Shown here: piece after piece, positions 1 through 14,400 of the stretch
Layout: each line of letters opens with the position of its first letter
Numbering within the stretch: the stretch's first letter is position 1
Assembly: GCA_964016885.1 (NCBI GenBank)
Contig: OZ024754.1
Coordinates: 18,600,001-18,664,000, forward strand
DNA: 64,000 nucleotides
Reading direction: 5' to 3'
Source of the DNA: Eledone cirrhosa
Lineage: Eukaryota
Notes under the pieces: model-generated
What the model was told of the DNA's origin: nothing
The model's input: the letters and a program-made list of their open reading frames with translations, nothing else
The model's database searches: none
Program-made: the position numbers and the translations under genes

Positions 1-345
1 TGAATTAACTGGTTATAAACAAAGTATTGGAGTTCGATTGACGCAACATTTAGTGATTAGCGAACTCTAGACCTACCAGATCAAAGAAACAATTGTCAGC
101 ACTCTGAATAAAGCCCTTATTGTACAGCCAACCATGTTACTCTTATCTCTTGAATTATTATTACTCCAAGTATAACCTACATAGAAATCACCGTGAATTC
201 GCTGCATCACTATGGAGGCGTCTTGTTGAGTCAAACTAAGCCATATGTTAATACCATCCACAACACAGAGTACTCTAACTGGACTACCTCTAAGTGGATT
301 GCCTATAACGATAACTTGTTATCCCGTATATATATATATATAGAC

Positions 346-620
346 TAGAAAACGAAAAATCAGTGATGCATCTGAACTCAATTTAATGTGTGTTACAATT
401 GTTTCGCCGGCGGACAGCTCGAGACGCTATCATTGTGTGGATCTGTCTGATTCTGGACCCGCAAGTTCGACGGACACGTCTAATGATTTCGGAGCATATT
501 CTCTCACTCTGAGAGTTCAGATGCATCACTGATTTTTCGTTTTCTATTATATCATACTCTGCCCTGTAAGAGCATAGAGTGCTTAACCGGCATACCGCCT
601 ATGGAAGCATCTTAGCTACC
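346..620. mobile_element. Fold-back PLE-like non-autonomous element; 34-bp inverted repeat 346-379/513-546; homologous to 44990-45352
   Basis: TAGAAAACGAAAAATCAGTGATGCATCTGAACTC and its exact reverse complement. 525-610 aligns by eye to the reverse complement of ~44995-45095. Starts next to (TA)n. Confidence 0.65.
390..477 (-). ncRNA. Degenerate hammerhead-like motif (core CCGUCGA)
   Basis: Minus strand: GTGT-CCGTCGA-[imperfect long stem II]-GAA-ACAATTGT-A-ACAC. Stem I GTGT/ACAC; palindromic stem III. Confidence 0.45.
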
Positions 621-649
621 ATCAGACCCCCCACCCCCACACACACACA

Positions 650-685
<36 letters not shown>

Positions 686-689
686 TACA

Positions 690-2195
690 GACCCACACTC
701 CCCCCGGCCTGAACTCCCCACCCTTATTCCTTTAGCGTTCGACCGCCCCCCCCCACACTTATCCCCCACTAACACCACTAACACACCCCTCCTTTTCACC
801 GCCCACCCCACACTAACAATACTAACACCTCCACTCCACCCCTCATCTGACCACCCTTCCCCAACTAACATACTAACATCCCTTCCCTCCCCTCTTCTCC
901 TCCTCCCCCTCCTTATCACACGCTAACACGCACCCACTTACACCACCCACCCCACACACAACTAACATCACTAACACCCCCCAACCCTACGCACACGTAC
1001 TCACACACCCTCGTACACCACCAACTCTACACACCCTACCACCACTAACCCCCACTCACACCTGCATTCCACCCCTTCCCATCCCGTATACTAACACCCA
1101 CTAACACCTCTTCACAAAACTACACACACACCAGTACACCACACTCCCTCCATAGAACCACACACACCCTTCTCTCCCCGCTCCACACTCACTCATCCCA
1201 CTAACACCCCTACTAATACACACACACACACACACACACACACCCTCCTCACTCCAACTCTCACACCTACCCATCCTCGCCTCCCTACCATTCCGCCGAC
1301 TGCTGCTATGCCCTTCCGACCACCTCTCAGCACCAACTGACCACAGCACTCCCACTGCTGACCACTTCCTGTTGCGCGCGCACCCCACATCTCTCCTCTT
1401 CCGACCACCGCTTCTTGGATTACCCACACGCGAAATTGACTTCTAACCAAATCTCCAAACATCCGTGGAACTTACCAACTTTTCAACCATCCTCTTACAC
1501 CATCACCTATATAACTCACCCACACACACACCGCCCAACATTTTTTTTTATCCACACGCCACCCACACCCACAACACGCTTAAACCACACACACGTGCTT
1601 CCCACCACATATTTACACCCTCAGCCTCCTGATTCCTCTCCCCCCACCCCCTATCCACACATGCACAGACACTCCGACCCCCCTCCCCCCCACCTTCCTG
1701 AACATGCAACCCCGTTCTTCCCCAACCCTCACTTTCACATACACACACACACACACACGCACACCTAACCACACACACCACCTTCAGCCCTCCCCGCTCG
1801 GACACCCCGTCTCCCTCTCCCCACTCCACCCGCCACCACCCCTACTCACCCCACACCCTTCCACCACCTGTTTACCCCCCCTTTTAATTTCAGTTTATTT
1901 TGATCATGCCTTTATTTTTAAATTTTCTCATTCCTTGTATTTTGATCATGCTTTATTTTTATTTATTATATTTTTTGTCTTTATTTGTTAATTTTTCATT
2001 CGCACCGTTTCCTTTCGCTATATGTCTCTCCACCACTCCCCTACACACCTTTTGAACTCTGTTCCCACACACTTCTCACCTGAAGAAGGGCTTATGCCCG
2101 AAACGTCGTCCCCCACTTACCCCCCACTCTCCTGAGCGTGAATTTAATAAACATTTATTGTACTGCCTCTCTGTTCTGTCCCTGTTCAATTTTTC

Positions 2196-2200
<5 letters not shown>
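690..2200 (+). mobile_element. C/A-rich PLE-like terminal repeat ending in a hammerhead motif and AATAAA
   Basis: Low-complexity C/A-rich tract between (TA)n runs; HHR core at 2080; AATAAA near 2147. Confidence 0.4.
2076..2110 (+). ncRNA. Minimal type I hammerhead motif (PLE type)
   Basis: CTGAAGA-a-GGGC-ttat-GCCC-GAA-ACGT-C. Stem III is the palindrome ACGT with a GUC site; stem I is weak. Confidence 0.6.
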
Positions 2201-2234
<34 letters not shown>

Positions 2235-2288
2235 CGTTTCTGAATTTGTTTAGCAAGATTCTTTATCTGAAATCGTGTGTTGAAACCG

Positions 2289-2588
2289 ATATTGTTATAC
2301 TTTGGGAGGGTCATGTTGCCAATAAGAAACACACGCACCAGTTGCTTTCACTTCAATTTATTATATATTTATAAATTTATAAGTTTACAAATTTACAAAC
2401 CTATAAATTTCTGGTTGGTTGGTTGGTTCTACAACCAGATAGTTGTTTATATATAGAACCAACCAACCAACCAGAAATTTATAGGTTTGTAAATTTGTAA
2501 ACTTATAAATTTATAAATATATAATAAATTGAAGTGAAAGCAACTGGTGCGTGTGTTTCTTATTGGCAACATGACCCTCCCAAAGTAT

Positions 2589-2596
<8 letters not shown>
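2289..2596. repeat. Long inverted repeat (143-bp arms 2289-2431/2454-2596, 22-bp spacer)
   Basis: Arms read as exact reverse complements; (TA)n lies on both sides. Confidence 0.9.
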
Positions 2597-2632
<36 letters not shown>

Positions 2633-2739
2633 GTACAGAGAAGTACGGAATACCTCGGCCTCGGGATGGTGTCTACATTTTGTGCTTATAAAAAAAATTC
2701 GTGCGAAGAAAATCAATACTTTATCGCGAAATAAATACT

Positions 2740-2959
2740 TTTGTTTATATTTTGTTATTGTGTATGTTATCTGATGAAAGCGCACCATAATTTGCCTTGG
2801 TGGCCCTTGAAATATGTATAATAAAATAAATATGGTTTTATAAATATAGTTTCCATTTGTTAATATATTGTATATTTACTCCACTAAACTGTTGAGTGCT
2901 TTATATCAGTTATAAAAATGTTTAAGCTTGTTGAATCCCAACAAATTAAATATAACCTC

Positions 2960-2960
<1 letters not shown>
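2740..2960 (+). mobile_element. PLE-derived repeat family A copy with hammerhead at 2764-2827
   Basis: ATGTTAT-CTGATGA-AAGCGCACCA...TGGTGGCCCTT-GAA-ATATGTAT-A-ATAAAAT. Downstream sequence matches copies at 28085-28801, 29780-29890 and 58855-59020. Confidence 0.75.
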
Positions 2961-3026
<66 letters not shown>

Positions 3027-3134
3027 CAGATTAAAGTTTAAGCAAAGAATCGCTGCTTTCACCCTTAACGGGATCTTCTGAAACTAAAAAATCAATCTGT
3101 GAACGCAGAAGTAAATATTTCGAAAAACGTTACA

Positions 3135-3218
<84 letters not shown>

Positions 3219-3423
3219 TATATATACATATATACACACACACACACCGCGTCATAATGTCGTAAAGCAGACAGCCAGACATACAGACAGATATTATACG
3301 GGCGCAACGTTATATCTATATATCTATCTAAAAAGAGAAAGACTAAGAATTATAGAGAGAGATCGCTAAGTCGCCTAATGCGTTCCATAGGGCATTGAAA
3401 ATTTGAAAATTTTTCCCTCAAGA

Positions 3424-3543
3424 CACTCACAGGACCATAAGTATTACATGTGTAAAGTTTGAAAAAACTCGGTTGGGTGGTTCTCGAGTTTTAGTGAGCT
3501 GACAGACAGACAGACAGACATTCTCTGTTTTAGATATATAGAT
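3424..3543 (-). mobile_element. Non-autonomous Helitron-like 5'-end fragment
   Basis: (GACA)n followed by a T-rich stretch and TATATAGAT; same layout as the element end at 31930-32014. Confidence 0.4.
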
Positions 3544-3959
3544 AAGCAAATTAACTGCTAATTTAAGGGTATGAGAATGCAAACACACACATAGTTTCAC
3601 CCACGAACACATACATACACTCACACAAACATACACTTATAAAAAACACAGACATACATTCATACAAACACACAGTTTCTCCCCAGCGTTTGTTATGTCG
3701 GTTGTCACAGAAATGTATGTATACTTACACACACACTCACACACATATACTTATCAGTCATCACATGTGTAGATGTGTGTGTGTGTTTAATTCTCTGTGT
3801 ATCTGATTAAATATTTACGTGAAGATGTGTGTGTATGTAACTTAGTAAGGCCTAACATACGTAACGAACGCGCAAACAGACACATGCACGGACACATACA
3901 CACTCATATACAAAATGTGACGTTGTCGTCGTGTTATAAAATGTTCGCTTATTATAATT

Positions 3960-4151
3960 GACTATAGTAGAATTTTTTAGATGAAATGTTATATTGTTTC
4001 AATCCAAGTGAAAATAAAAATTACATGTTAATCCCGGGGTCTAATACTATTACCTTGTAAACTTTGGTTTGATTTGGTCGAGTCATTTGAGAATGCATAA
4101 GGAAAAGATAGTCACACAGACAGAGAGACAAAGAATTTTATATATAGAGAT
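3960..4151 (-). mobile_element. Non-autonomous Helitron-like 5'-end fragment
   Basis: AAACTTTGGTTTGATTTGG...ACAGACAG...TTTTATATATAGAGAT; similar end architecture. Confidence 0.35.
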
Positions 4152-4647
4152 ATGTCTAAGAAAGAGAGAAAAAAAGTGAGAGAGAGAGGTGGAGAAGAGG
4201 GATATAAGGAGAGCAAAAGCAAGAGAATAAAAGAGAAAGCGAGAAAAAAATGGATTAAGTGATTCTGTGATCCTCGTTAAAGCTAACGATGATATGGTGA
4301 TGAAAGCGGCTACTTGAGAGCAATTAGTTCAGTAAATAGTAAATAGAGAATTGTGAATTCACATTAGTAGACCATTACAAATTCTGCTGGAACTAACTCT
4401 AACAATGAAGAAATAAGCTTCATTAGACAGTGGACTTTTTTTCACGATAGCTAATGTGTTTGCTTTTGATTTTTCTGCAAGATCTCCCCCCACCCCCCAA
4501 AAAAACAAAAAAACAACAAAAAAAAAACAACAAAAAAAACAACAACAAAACAAATAAAAAAATATAAGTGAAAAAATATACGACCAAAATTCTCTCAAAT
4601 ATTCACTAGTTGCATATAAATAAATAATTTATGAAGTAAGAGAAAAA

Positions 4648-5265
4648 TAGGGTGCCATTTATAGTGGCTGTTAGTTGTGTTGTTAAGGGGATAGGATTAG
4701 GGTGTAGCTATAGTGGCTGTTAGTTGTGTGGTTAAGGGGGTAGGGTTAAGGTGTAGGTATAGTAGCTGTTAGTTGTGTTGTTAAGGGGTAGGGTTAGGGT
4801 GTAGGTATAGTAGCTGTTAGTTGTGTTGTTAAGGGGGTAGGGTTAGGGTGTAGGTATAGTAGCTGTTAGTTGTGTTGTTAAGGGGGTAGGGTTAGGGTAT
4901 AGGTATAGTAACTGTTAGTTGTGTTGTTAAGGGGGTAGGGTTAGGGTGTAGGTATAGTAGCTGTTAGTTGTGTTGTTAAGGGGGTAGGGTTAGGGTGTAG
5001 GTATAGTAGCTGTTAGTTGTGTTGTTAAGGGGGTAGGGTTAGGGTGTAGGTATAGTAGCTGTTAGTTGTGTTGTTAAGGGGGTAGGGTTAGGGTGCCATT
5101 TATAGTGGCTGTTAGTTGTGTTGTTAAGGGGGTAGGGTTAGGGTGCCATTTATAGTGGCTGTTAGTTGTGTTGTTAAGGAGATAGGATTAGGGTGTAGCT
5201 ATAGTGGCTGTTAGTTGTGTGGTTAAGGGGGTAGGGTTAGGGTGTAGTGGCTGATAGTTGTGTGG
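4648..5265 (+). repeat. 49-bp G-rich minisatellite (~12 copies) containing GGGTTAGGG
   Basis: Unit AGGGGGTAGGGTTAGGGTGTAGGTATAGTAGCTGTTAGTTGTGTTGTTA; period 49 (e.g. 4831 to 4880). Confidence 0.95.
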
Positions 5266-5705
5266 ACAGGACACCAGTCCATCACAGGGTTAAAGTCTGT
5301 CTCAAGCCCGGAGGCCCATCAGGCAGGTGCTTATCACAGTTTTTGAGGTGTGAAGAGACTGAAAGTACAAGACTCTCCTCTGGACAGGACGCCAGACCAT
5401 CACAGGGTTAAATCTCCCAGTTATTGTAGGTACTCATTTTCAGCTGAGTATAATGGAGCAATGTGAACTGATATGTTTTCCTCAGGAACTCAACACACAA
5501 CCCAGTCGAGGAATCAAACCCATATCACCATGATCGTAAGTCCAACACCCTTACCACTAGGCCATGGGCTTCCTTTCAGGAATGGAGACACTAAATTCAA
5601 CACCAGTCGAGGAATCAAACCCATATCACCATCATCCTAAGTCCAACACTCTGACCACTAGGCCACATACATCCTTTAAGGAGTGGAGTCACTAAATTCA
5701 ACACC
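5265..5705 (-). mobile_element. tRNA-derived SINE with partly duplicated head
   Basis: Minus strand has A-box TGGCCTAGTGG and B-box GGTTTGATTCC. The head region ~5500-5600 repeats at ~5600-5705. Confidence 0.7.
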
Positions 5706-6497
5706 TGTCCAGGTGCAGTGGATTGACAGAAATATTAAGGAGTCTGACAGTATTACTCTGTGTTATTTGATCTGGCTCTTTGTAATCAAAGTTCAAATGA
5801 CTGAAACCAATTCAAGAACAAAAGATTGTATTTTACAAATGTAGGTTTGTTTTTTCTTGTTTTTATTTAAAATTTCTTTCTATTTCCTGGAATTTTATTG
5901 GAATTTCTCTCACTTTTCAAGATGCTAAATAGGTGAGAGAAACTTCTGTTGCCTGGCTAGGTTGCTAGTCTCTATTCCAGTTTTCTCTTCACACATAATA
6001 AAGTGATTTCAGCTCAGTGCAACATAAGTTGTCTCATGAGACAATCTATCTGCACACCAAAAAATTCTCTTTGAGGTGTAGGTCTGATCAAGAGTTTATT
6101 TTACGCAAGATGCAAGACTAGCAGCTTCCCATGCATACCCCCCCCCGCTCTCTCTATGCCACCAATGTCCAATAGAAAGAAGGATCCCATACAATTTGTT
6201 TCCAGCATCATCACAGGTATTGCCACCAGGGTACAAAAAAAATAGAATGATTATTGTAAAACGTCTCATGTAATTCTCTTACAATTCCACCAATCCACTG
6301 CTCTGGTCTAGTACTTTATTTATCGACCTCAAAAGTCTGGGCTGATACTTAATTTATCGACCTCAAAAGTCTGGGCTGGTACTTTATGTATCAACCTTAA
6401 AAGTCTTCGGCTGGACAAAAGCAAATTGGACATCAGAAGAATTTGAACACAAAGAACAAAAAGCCAGAGCAAAATCTTAATCAGAGTTTTAGCATTT

Positions 6498-6720
6498 AGT
6501 GGATTGAGGGCAGTAGATTGAAAGCAGTGGATTGAGGGCAGTAGATTGAAAACAGAGGATTGAGGGCAAGTGAATTGAGGGCAGCGGATTGAGGGCAGTA
6601 GATTGAGGGCAGTGAATTGAGGGCAGTGGATTGAGGGCAGTAGATTGAGGGCAGTGAATTGAGGGCAGCGGATTGAGGGCAGTAGATTGAGCGCAGTTGA
6701 TTGAGGGCAGTGGATCGAGA
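6498..6720 (+). repeat. 14-bp minisatellite (GATTGAGGGCAGTR)n
   Basis: About 16 tandem units. Confidence 0.95.
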
Positions 6721-6744
6721 GTATCAGTAGCGGGCCAGACAAAA

Positions 6745-6840
6745 TGCTTTGACTTTCATCCTTCGGGAGTCAATAAAATAAAGTACCAGTAATGCACTAG
6801 GGTCAGTATAATTGATTTTCCTCTTGCCTCCAAAATTGTG
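6745..6840 (+). mobile_element. SINE 3' fragment (family of 29340 and 42530 copies)
   Basis: CTTTCATCCTTCGGGAGTCAATAAAATAAAGTACCAGTAATGCACT resembles the reverse complement of ~29375-29420. Confidence 0.65.
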
Positions 6841-8322
6841 GTGATGGTGATGGTAGTAGTCGTAATAGTGGTGAGGGTGATGTTGAGAATGATCATGGTG
6901 AGGGTGATGATGGTTGTGATGGTGGTGAGGGTGGTGATGGTTGTGATGGTGGTGAGGGTGGTGATGGTTATGAGGGTGGTGAGGGTGGTGATGGTTGTGA
7001 GGGTGGGGAGGGTGATGATGGTTGTGATGGTGGTGAGGGTGGTGATGGTTGTGAGGGTGGTGAGGGTGATGATGGTTGTGAGGGTGGTGAGGGTGGTGAT
7101 GGTTGTGAGTGTGGTGAGGGTGGTGATGGTTGTGAGGGTGGTGAGGGTGATGATGGTTGTGAGGGTGGGGAGGGTGGTGATGGTTGTGATGGTGGGGAGG
7201 GTGATGATGGTTGTGAGGGTGGTGAGGGTGGTGATGGTTGTGAGGGTGGTGAGGGTGGTGATGGTTGTGAGGGTGGTGAGGGTGATGATGGTTGTGAGGG
7301 TGGGGAGGGTGGTGATGGTTGTGATGGTGGGGAGGGTGATGATGGTTGTGATGGTGGTGAGGGTGGTGATGGTTGTGAGGGTGGTGAGGGTGATGATGGT
7401 TGTGATGGTGGGGAGGGTGATGATGGTTGTGATGGTGGTGAGGGTGGTGATGGTTGTGAGGGTGGGGAGGGTGATGATGGTTGTGATGGTGGGGAGGGTG
7501 GTGATGGTTGTGATGGTGGTGAGGGTGGTGATGGTTGTGAGGGTGGTGAGGGTGGTGATGGTTGTGAGGGTGGTGAGGGTGGTGATGGTTGTGAGGGTGG
7601 GGAGGGTGGTGATGGTTGTGATGGTGGTGAGGGTGGTGATGGTTGTGAGGGTGGTGAGGGTGGTGATGGTTCTGATGGTGGTGAGGGTGATGATGGTTGT
7701 GAGGGTGGGGAGGGTGGTGATGGTTGTGATGGTGGTGAGGGTGGTGATGGTTGTGAGGGTGGTGAGGGTGGTGATGGTTGTGAGGGTGGTGAGGGTGGTG
7801 ATGGTTGTGATGGTGGTGAGGGTGGTGATGGTTGTGATGGTGGTGAGGGTGATGATGGTTGTGATGGTGGGGAGGGTGATGATGGTTGTGATGGAGGGGA
7901 GGGTGGTGATGGTTGTGAGGGTGGTGAGGGTGGTGATGGTTATGAGGGTGGGGAGGGTGGTGATGGTTGTTATGGTGGGGAGGGTGATGATGGTTGTGAT
8001 GGTGGTGAGGGTGGTGATGGTTGTGATGGTGGTGAGGGTGATGATGGTTGTGAGGGTGGTGAGGGTGGTGATGGTTGTGAGGGTGGTGAGGGTGGTGATG
8101 GTTGTGAGGGTGGGGAGGGTGGTGATGGTTGTTATGGTGGGGAGGGTGATGATGGTTGTGATGGTGGTGAGGGTGATGATGGTTGTGATGGTGGGGAGGG
8201 TGATGATGGTTGTGAGGGTGGTGAGGGTGGTGATGGTTGTGATGGTGGTGAGGGTGATGATGGTTGTGATGGTGGGGAGGGTGATGATGGTGATAATTAT
8301 GATGTGGGAGATGGTGGTGGTG
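6838..8322 (+). repeat. 27-bp GT-rich minisatellite
   Basis: Unit ~GTGAGGGTGGTGATGGTTGTGA(G/T)GGTG; produces spurious His-, Thr- and Val-rich ORFs. Confidence 0.95.
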
Positions 8323-11300
8323 ATATATGCATACACACACACACACACACATACATACATATATACACATACATACACACACATACATTCATATATACTC
8401 ATACATACACACACATACATACACACAGAAACATACATACACACACACATACATACACACACATACATACACACACACACACACATACATACATAGACAC
8501 ACATACATACATACACACACATACATACATACACACACATACATACATACACACATATACATACATACACACACATACATACATATACACACACATACAT
8601 ATATACATACATACATACATATATACATATATGAAGGTGCATAGACTAGTGAGAGAGATGGAAGGGGGGATTGCTCTCATACATTTAAATACACACACAC
8701 GTTCATATACACATACACAAGTTCATGTACACATACACATGTTTATATACACATACACACGTTCATGTACTCATACACACGTTCATGTACACATACACAT
8801 GTTCATGTACTCATACACACGTTCATATACACATACACATGTTCATATACACATACACACGTTCATGTACTCATACACACGAACATATACACATACACAT
8901 GTTCATATACACATACACACGTTCATGTACTCATACACACGAACATATACACACACACGTTCATATACACATACACACGTTCATATACACACACACACGT
9001 TCATATACACATACACACGTTCATATACACATACACACGTTCATATATACACACACACGTTCATATACACACACACACGTTCATGTACACATACACACGA
9101 ACATATACACACACACACGTTCATATACACATACACACGTTCATGTACACAAACACACGTTCATGTTTACATACACACGTTCATATACACATACACACGT
9201 TCATGTACACATACACATGTTCATATACACACACGTTCATATACACACACACACGTTCATGTACTCATACACACGAACATATACACATACACACGTTCAT
9301 ATACACATACACACGTTCATATACACATACACACGTTCATATACACATACACACGTTCATATACACATACACACGTTCATGTACACACCACACACACGTT
9401 CATATACACACACACGTTCATATATATACACACAGGTTCATATACACATACACACAGGTTCATATACACATACACACGTTCATATACACATACACACGTT
9501 CATGTACACATACACACGTTCATATACACATACACACGTACATGTACACACACACACGTTCATATACACGCACACACACGTTCATATACACACACACGTT
9601 CATGTACACATGCACACGTTCATATATACACACACACATTCATGTACACACACGTTCATATACACACACACACGTTCATGTACACATACACACGTTCATA
9701 CACACACACACACGTTCATATACACACACACGTTTATGTACACATACACACGTTCATATACACACACACGTTCATGTACACATACACACGTTCATGTACA
9801 CACACACACGTTCATGTACACATACACACGTTCATATACACATACACACGTTCATATACACACACACACGTTCATATACACACACACACGTTCATACACA
9901 CACGTTCATATACACACACACACGTTCATATACACACACACGTTCATATACACACAGACACGTTCATATGTACACATACACACGTTCATGTACACACACA
10001 CACGTTCGTGTACACATACACACGTTCATATAGACATACACACGTTCATGTACACATACACATGTTCATATACACGTACACACGTTCATGTACACATACA
10101 CACGTTCATATACACATACACACGTTGATATACACAAACACACGTTCATATACACATACACACGTTCATATACACATACCCACGTTTATGTACACATACA
10201 CGCGTTTATGTACACATACACACATTCATGTACACATACACATGTTCATGTACACATACACACACATGTTCATGTACACATACACACGTTCATATACACA
10301 TACAGACGTTGATATACACAAACACACGTTCATATACACATACCCACGTTTATGTACACATACACGCGTTTATGTACACATACACACGTTCATATACACA
10401 TACACACGATCATGTACACACACACACACATTCATATAAACATACACACATTCATGTACACATACACATGTTCATGTACACACACACACACATGTTCATG
10501 TACACATACACACGTTCATATACACACACACGTTCATATACACATACACACATTCATGTACACATACACACGTTCATGTACACATACACATGTTCATGGA
10601 CACACACACACACGTTCATATACACATACACACGTTCATGTACACACGTTCATATATACACACACGTTTATGTACACATACACACGTTCAGGTACACATA
10701 CACACATTCATGTAAACACACACATGTTCATGTACACACACACATGTACATGTACACACACACACGTTCATATACACATACACACGTTTATGAACACACA
10801 CATATGTTCATATACACACACACGAGTTCATATACACATACACACGTTCATGTACACATACACATGTTCGTATACACTACACACGTTCATGTACACATAC
10901 ACACGTTCATGTTTACATACACACGTTCATGTACACATACACACGTTTATGTACACACACACACACGTTAATGTACACATACACACGTTCATATACACAT
11001 ACACATATTCATGTACACATACACACGTTCATATACACATACACACGTTCATATACACGTACACACGTTCATTTACACATACACACGTTCATATACACAT
11101 ATACACGTTCATTTACACATACATACGTTCTTATACACATACACACGTTCATATACACATATACACGTTTATGTACACATACACACGTTAATATACACAT
11201 AAACACGTTCATATACACACACACACGTTCATGTACACATACACACGTTAATGTACACACACACACGTTCATATACACACACATACGTTCATCTACACAT

Positions 11301-11400
11301 ACACATGTTCATATACACATACACACGTTTATGTACACATACACACGTTCATATACACATACCCACGTTTATGTACACATACACACGTTCATATACACAT

Positions 11401-14400
11401 CTAAGGCGGGTAAAATTCCCGAGATCCATGGACGAGTTCTCTCCAGCGGTCTCTGTCCCTCATTATCGCTGCCATATCCTGCATCTCCAACAGACCAGTG
11501 TCTGTCCTTAGGGCATCAACATATGTTAACCTTGGTCTTCCTCTTCTAGTGTGTCCATGTAGGGGCTCCCAAAGGAGCACTGAGTGCAATGTCAACTCTG
11601 GATGTCGGTGAGCATGTCCAGCCAACCTCAGTCTCCTCTGTGTCACTTTTGAGCTGACTTTTGGGATGCTCCCATACAGCTCTGAGTTTTTCATCCTCAG
11701 TGTATACTGATTAATGTTCAGAGCCATCCTCAGCATTCTCGTGTAGCACCCATCCACCATCTGAGTGAGTCTCTTGGTCAGTGTCCAAGTCTCAGACCCA
11801 TACAGCAGCACAGACTCCACTACAGCAATGAAGAGGCGGATTTTCAGGTCTCTACGAAGGTCCGACTTCCACACCGATCTCAAGCTGTGACACGCCGCCC
11901 AGGCCTTGCTCTTCCTCTCAACCACATCATCTTCCGTATTCCCAATCTTTGCTCCCAAATACAGGAAGTCCTCAACCAATTCCAGCGGCTTCCCGCCTAC
12001 ATTAGTGATCCCCTCTGGCTTCTCAACATTCTCTACCAGATATTTTGTTTTAGTCTCATTCATTCTCAGCCCCACACTCATCGACACAGTCTCAACCTCC
12101 CGCATCAAATCCTCTGCCTCCTTCACAGTATTTGTCACCAAAACTATGTCGTCGGCAAATTCAGCATCCGATACCTTTTTCGCCCCAACTCTCATGCTCT
12201 GAGCCGGTGCTACAGTAAAGCCAGTGTCCTGGTGTTTCTCCAGTGCAAGGCGCATACAATAGTCCACTACGATGATAAAAAGGTAGGGAGCCAATGTATC
12301 TCCCTGGAGCACTCCAGCCAGTATCTCAAAGAACTCTGTCATCCCATCAGGTGTAATGACTTGGGCTTTGGTGTTGGTGTAGAGCAGTGATATCAGGTCC
12401 ACTATCCTCTTGGGGATTCCATAAGCCTGTAAGATCTTCATCAGGCAGTAACGGTCCACAGAATCAAAGGCCTTCCTAAAGTCAATGAAAACCATGACCG
12501 CAGGAAGGCACTTTGCTCTAGCTCCCTCTAATATCCTCCTCAGCATCAGGATGTGACTGGTGGTTGATCTACCCTCTCTGAAGCCGTTCTGGTTGTCCCT
12601 GAGCTTCTTCTCCATCTCAGGCTGGATCCTGTTAAGAATCATCCTGTTGAGGGTCTTTGCCACAAGTGACGTCAGTGAGATCCCCCGGTAGTTGTTGGTG
12701 TTAGAGAGATCTCCCTTCTTTGGCACTGGGACGATGTTACTGATCCTCCACTGATTCGGGGCAACTCCTTTCTCCAGTGCCCCGTTACAGAACCCCAGGA
12801 TGATATCATCAAAATCACACCTCTTCATCACCTCTGATGCCACTCCATCTTCTCCATGAGCCTTGCCCTCCTTGATCTTCTTCTTGGCTCTCTGAATCTC
12901 CTCTCTGGTGAAGGGCTCTGTCTCAACATCCAGTTCCTCAAACAGCCGCCTGATCTCCCCAGTGCTCTGGGCTGTGGAGGGTGGCTCTCCTAGTAGGGTC
13001 CTAAAATGGTCTAGCCATTTCCTCTTCCTATCCTCGGGCCCCGTTCCCTGGATCTGACTCGAACACCTTTTCTTCCTCCCTGTGATCTCGTTGATGATCA
13101 TCCAGCTCTCCTTACATCCAGATCTGTCAACCGCTCTCTCCACACTTCTGATCTTCTCTATCAGTGCCTCCTCTCTGACCTCAGTGTAAGCGGTACAGAG
13201 CTCTTCCCTCATCACCTCCACAGTCTCCATCCTCTCCTCCGTAGGATCAGCATAGAATTGGTCCCTGGCAGCTTTCAGGTGTTCTCTGGCTGCACACACT
13301 TTTGGGTTTGCAGAGCTGACGTGCTTCCCTTTGTTCTTTTTCCTCGGCACCAGGGTTTCACTTGCTTTCGCCACTGCATTGGTGAAGTGCCCGTACCTAC
13401 TCGTCACACTCTCCTCAGTCCATCCAATCTCTCTCTCCTCTGACTCTCCACACAGAGCACTAAACCTGTTTCTCACTTCCACTGTTAACCTCTCCTGTAG
13501 CTTATCATCTTCCTTGAAAGCTCCCCAGTCATAGATTGTTCTCCGGGGCTGAGCCTTGCTCTTTCTTAAGCTCACGCGGACCTCACTCATAACAAGCCGG
13601 TGGTCACTACCCAGTGTACTGAAATAGCTGTATGGTTCCGTGTTCAGAACACTATTCCGCCACTTTTTCCTCACCAGAATGAATTCAATCTGGGACTTGG
13701 ACAGGTGCATATCTGAGATGTAGGTCCACATCTTCCCCAGATTCTTCCTAAACCCTAGGTTGGTCGCCATCAAGTTCGCCTCCAGCAGGGTGTCTCTCAG
13801 TAGTCTTCCATTTCGGTTGGTGTTGTTATGGAAGTACCAGCAAGGATCTTCACTGCCCTCCTTACTCAGATGTGCATTAAAGTCCCCCAAAACAAGCAGG
13901 ATATTGTGTGCCTGAGTGGTGTTGACAGCTCTACACACCTCCTCATGGAACTCCTCGGCATTCACATCACTGTCCCCCTCGGTTGGACTATAGGCTGAGA
14001 TGACTGTCAGTCTTGGGTTTCCATTGAAGGTCACCCTCAACACTCGCGGGGAGATAGGCATTATTTCCCTCACCAACAGATTGGTTTTTGCACTGAACAC
14101 AAAACCCACCCCTCCTACTGCAGCATTTGTTGTGTTCTTCACTGCCGATGTAGTGATGAGCTGGCTCCTCTTCCCGATCATCACACTCCTCACGGGCTCA
14201 TCGTGTAGAATCCTGTGTTCTTGGATCGCAAGTATCTGTATACCACTCTCCTCGAACAGATGTCCCAACTCCTCTCTCTTCTCCAGCGTCCGAATAGTCC
14301 TCACATTCAAAGTGCCCATTTTGATGGCTCTTCTGCAGGACAAAACTGCATTCTTTATATTTGTCTCAGAGACAGCTGATCCATCATCCACTGGCCCTCT

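Noticed and set aside
3050-3085. Minus-strand CAGAAGA-TCCC..GGGT-GAAA hammerhead-like motif
   Set aside because: Core is mutated and stems I and III are not convincing.
4648-5265. CRISPR array or true telomere
   Set aside because: No unique spacers, TTAGGG is not tandem, and the context is eukaryotic.
5890-6250. Possible hAT transposase remnant (NRSFSHL on the minus strand)
   Set aside because: Too short and degenerate to support.
6724-8642. 554-628 aa poly-His/Thr/Val ORFs
   Set aside because: They come from the 27-bp minisatellite and are open on both strands.
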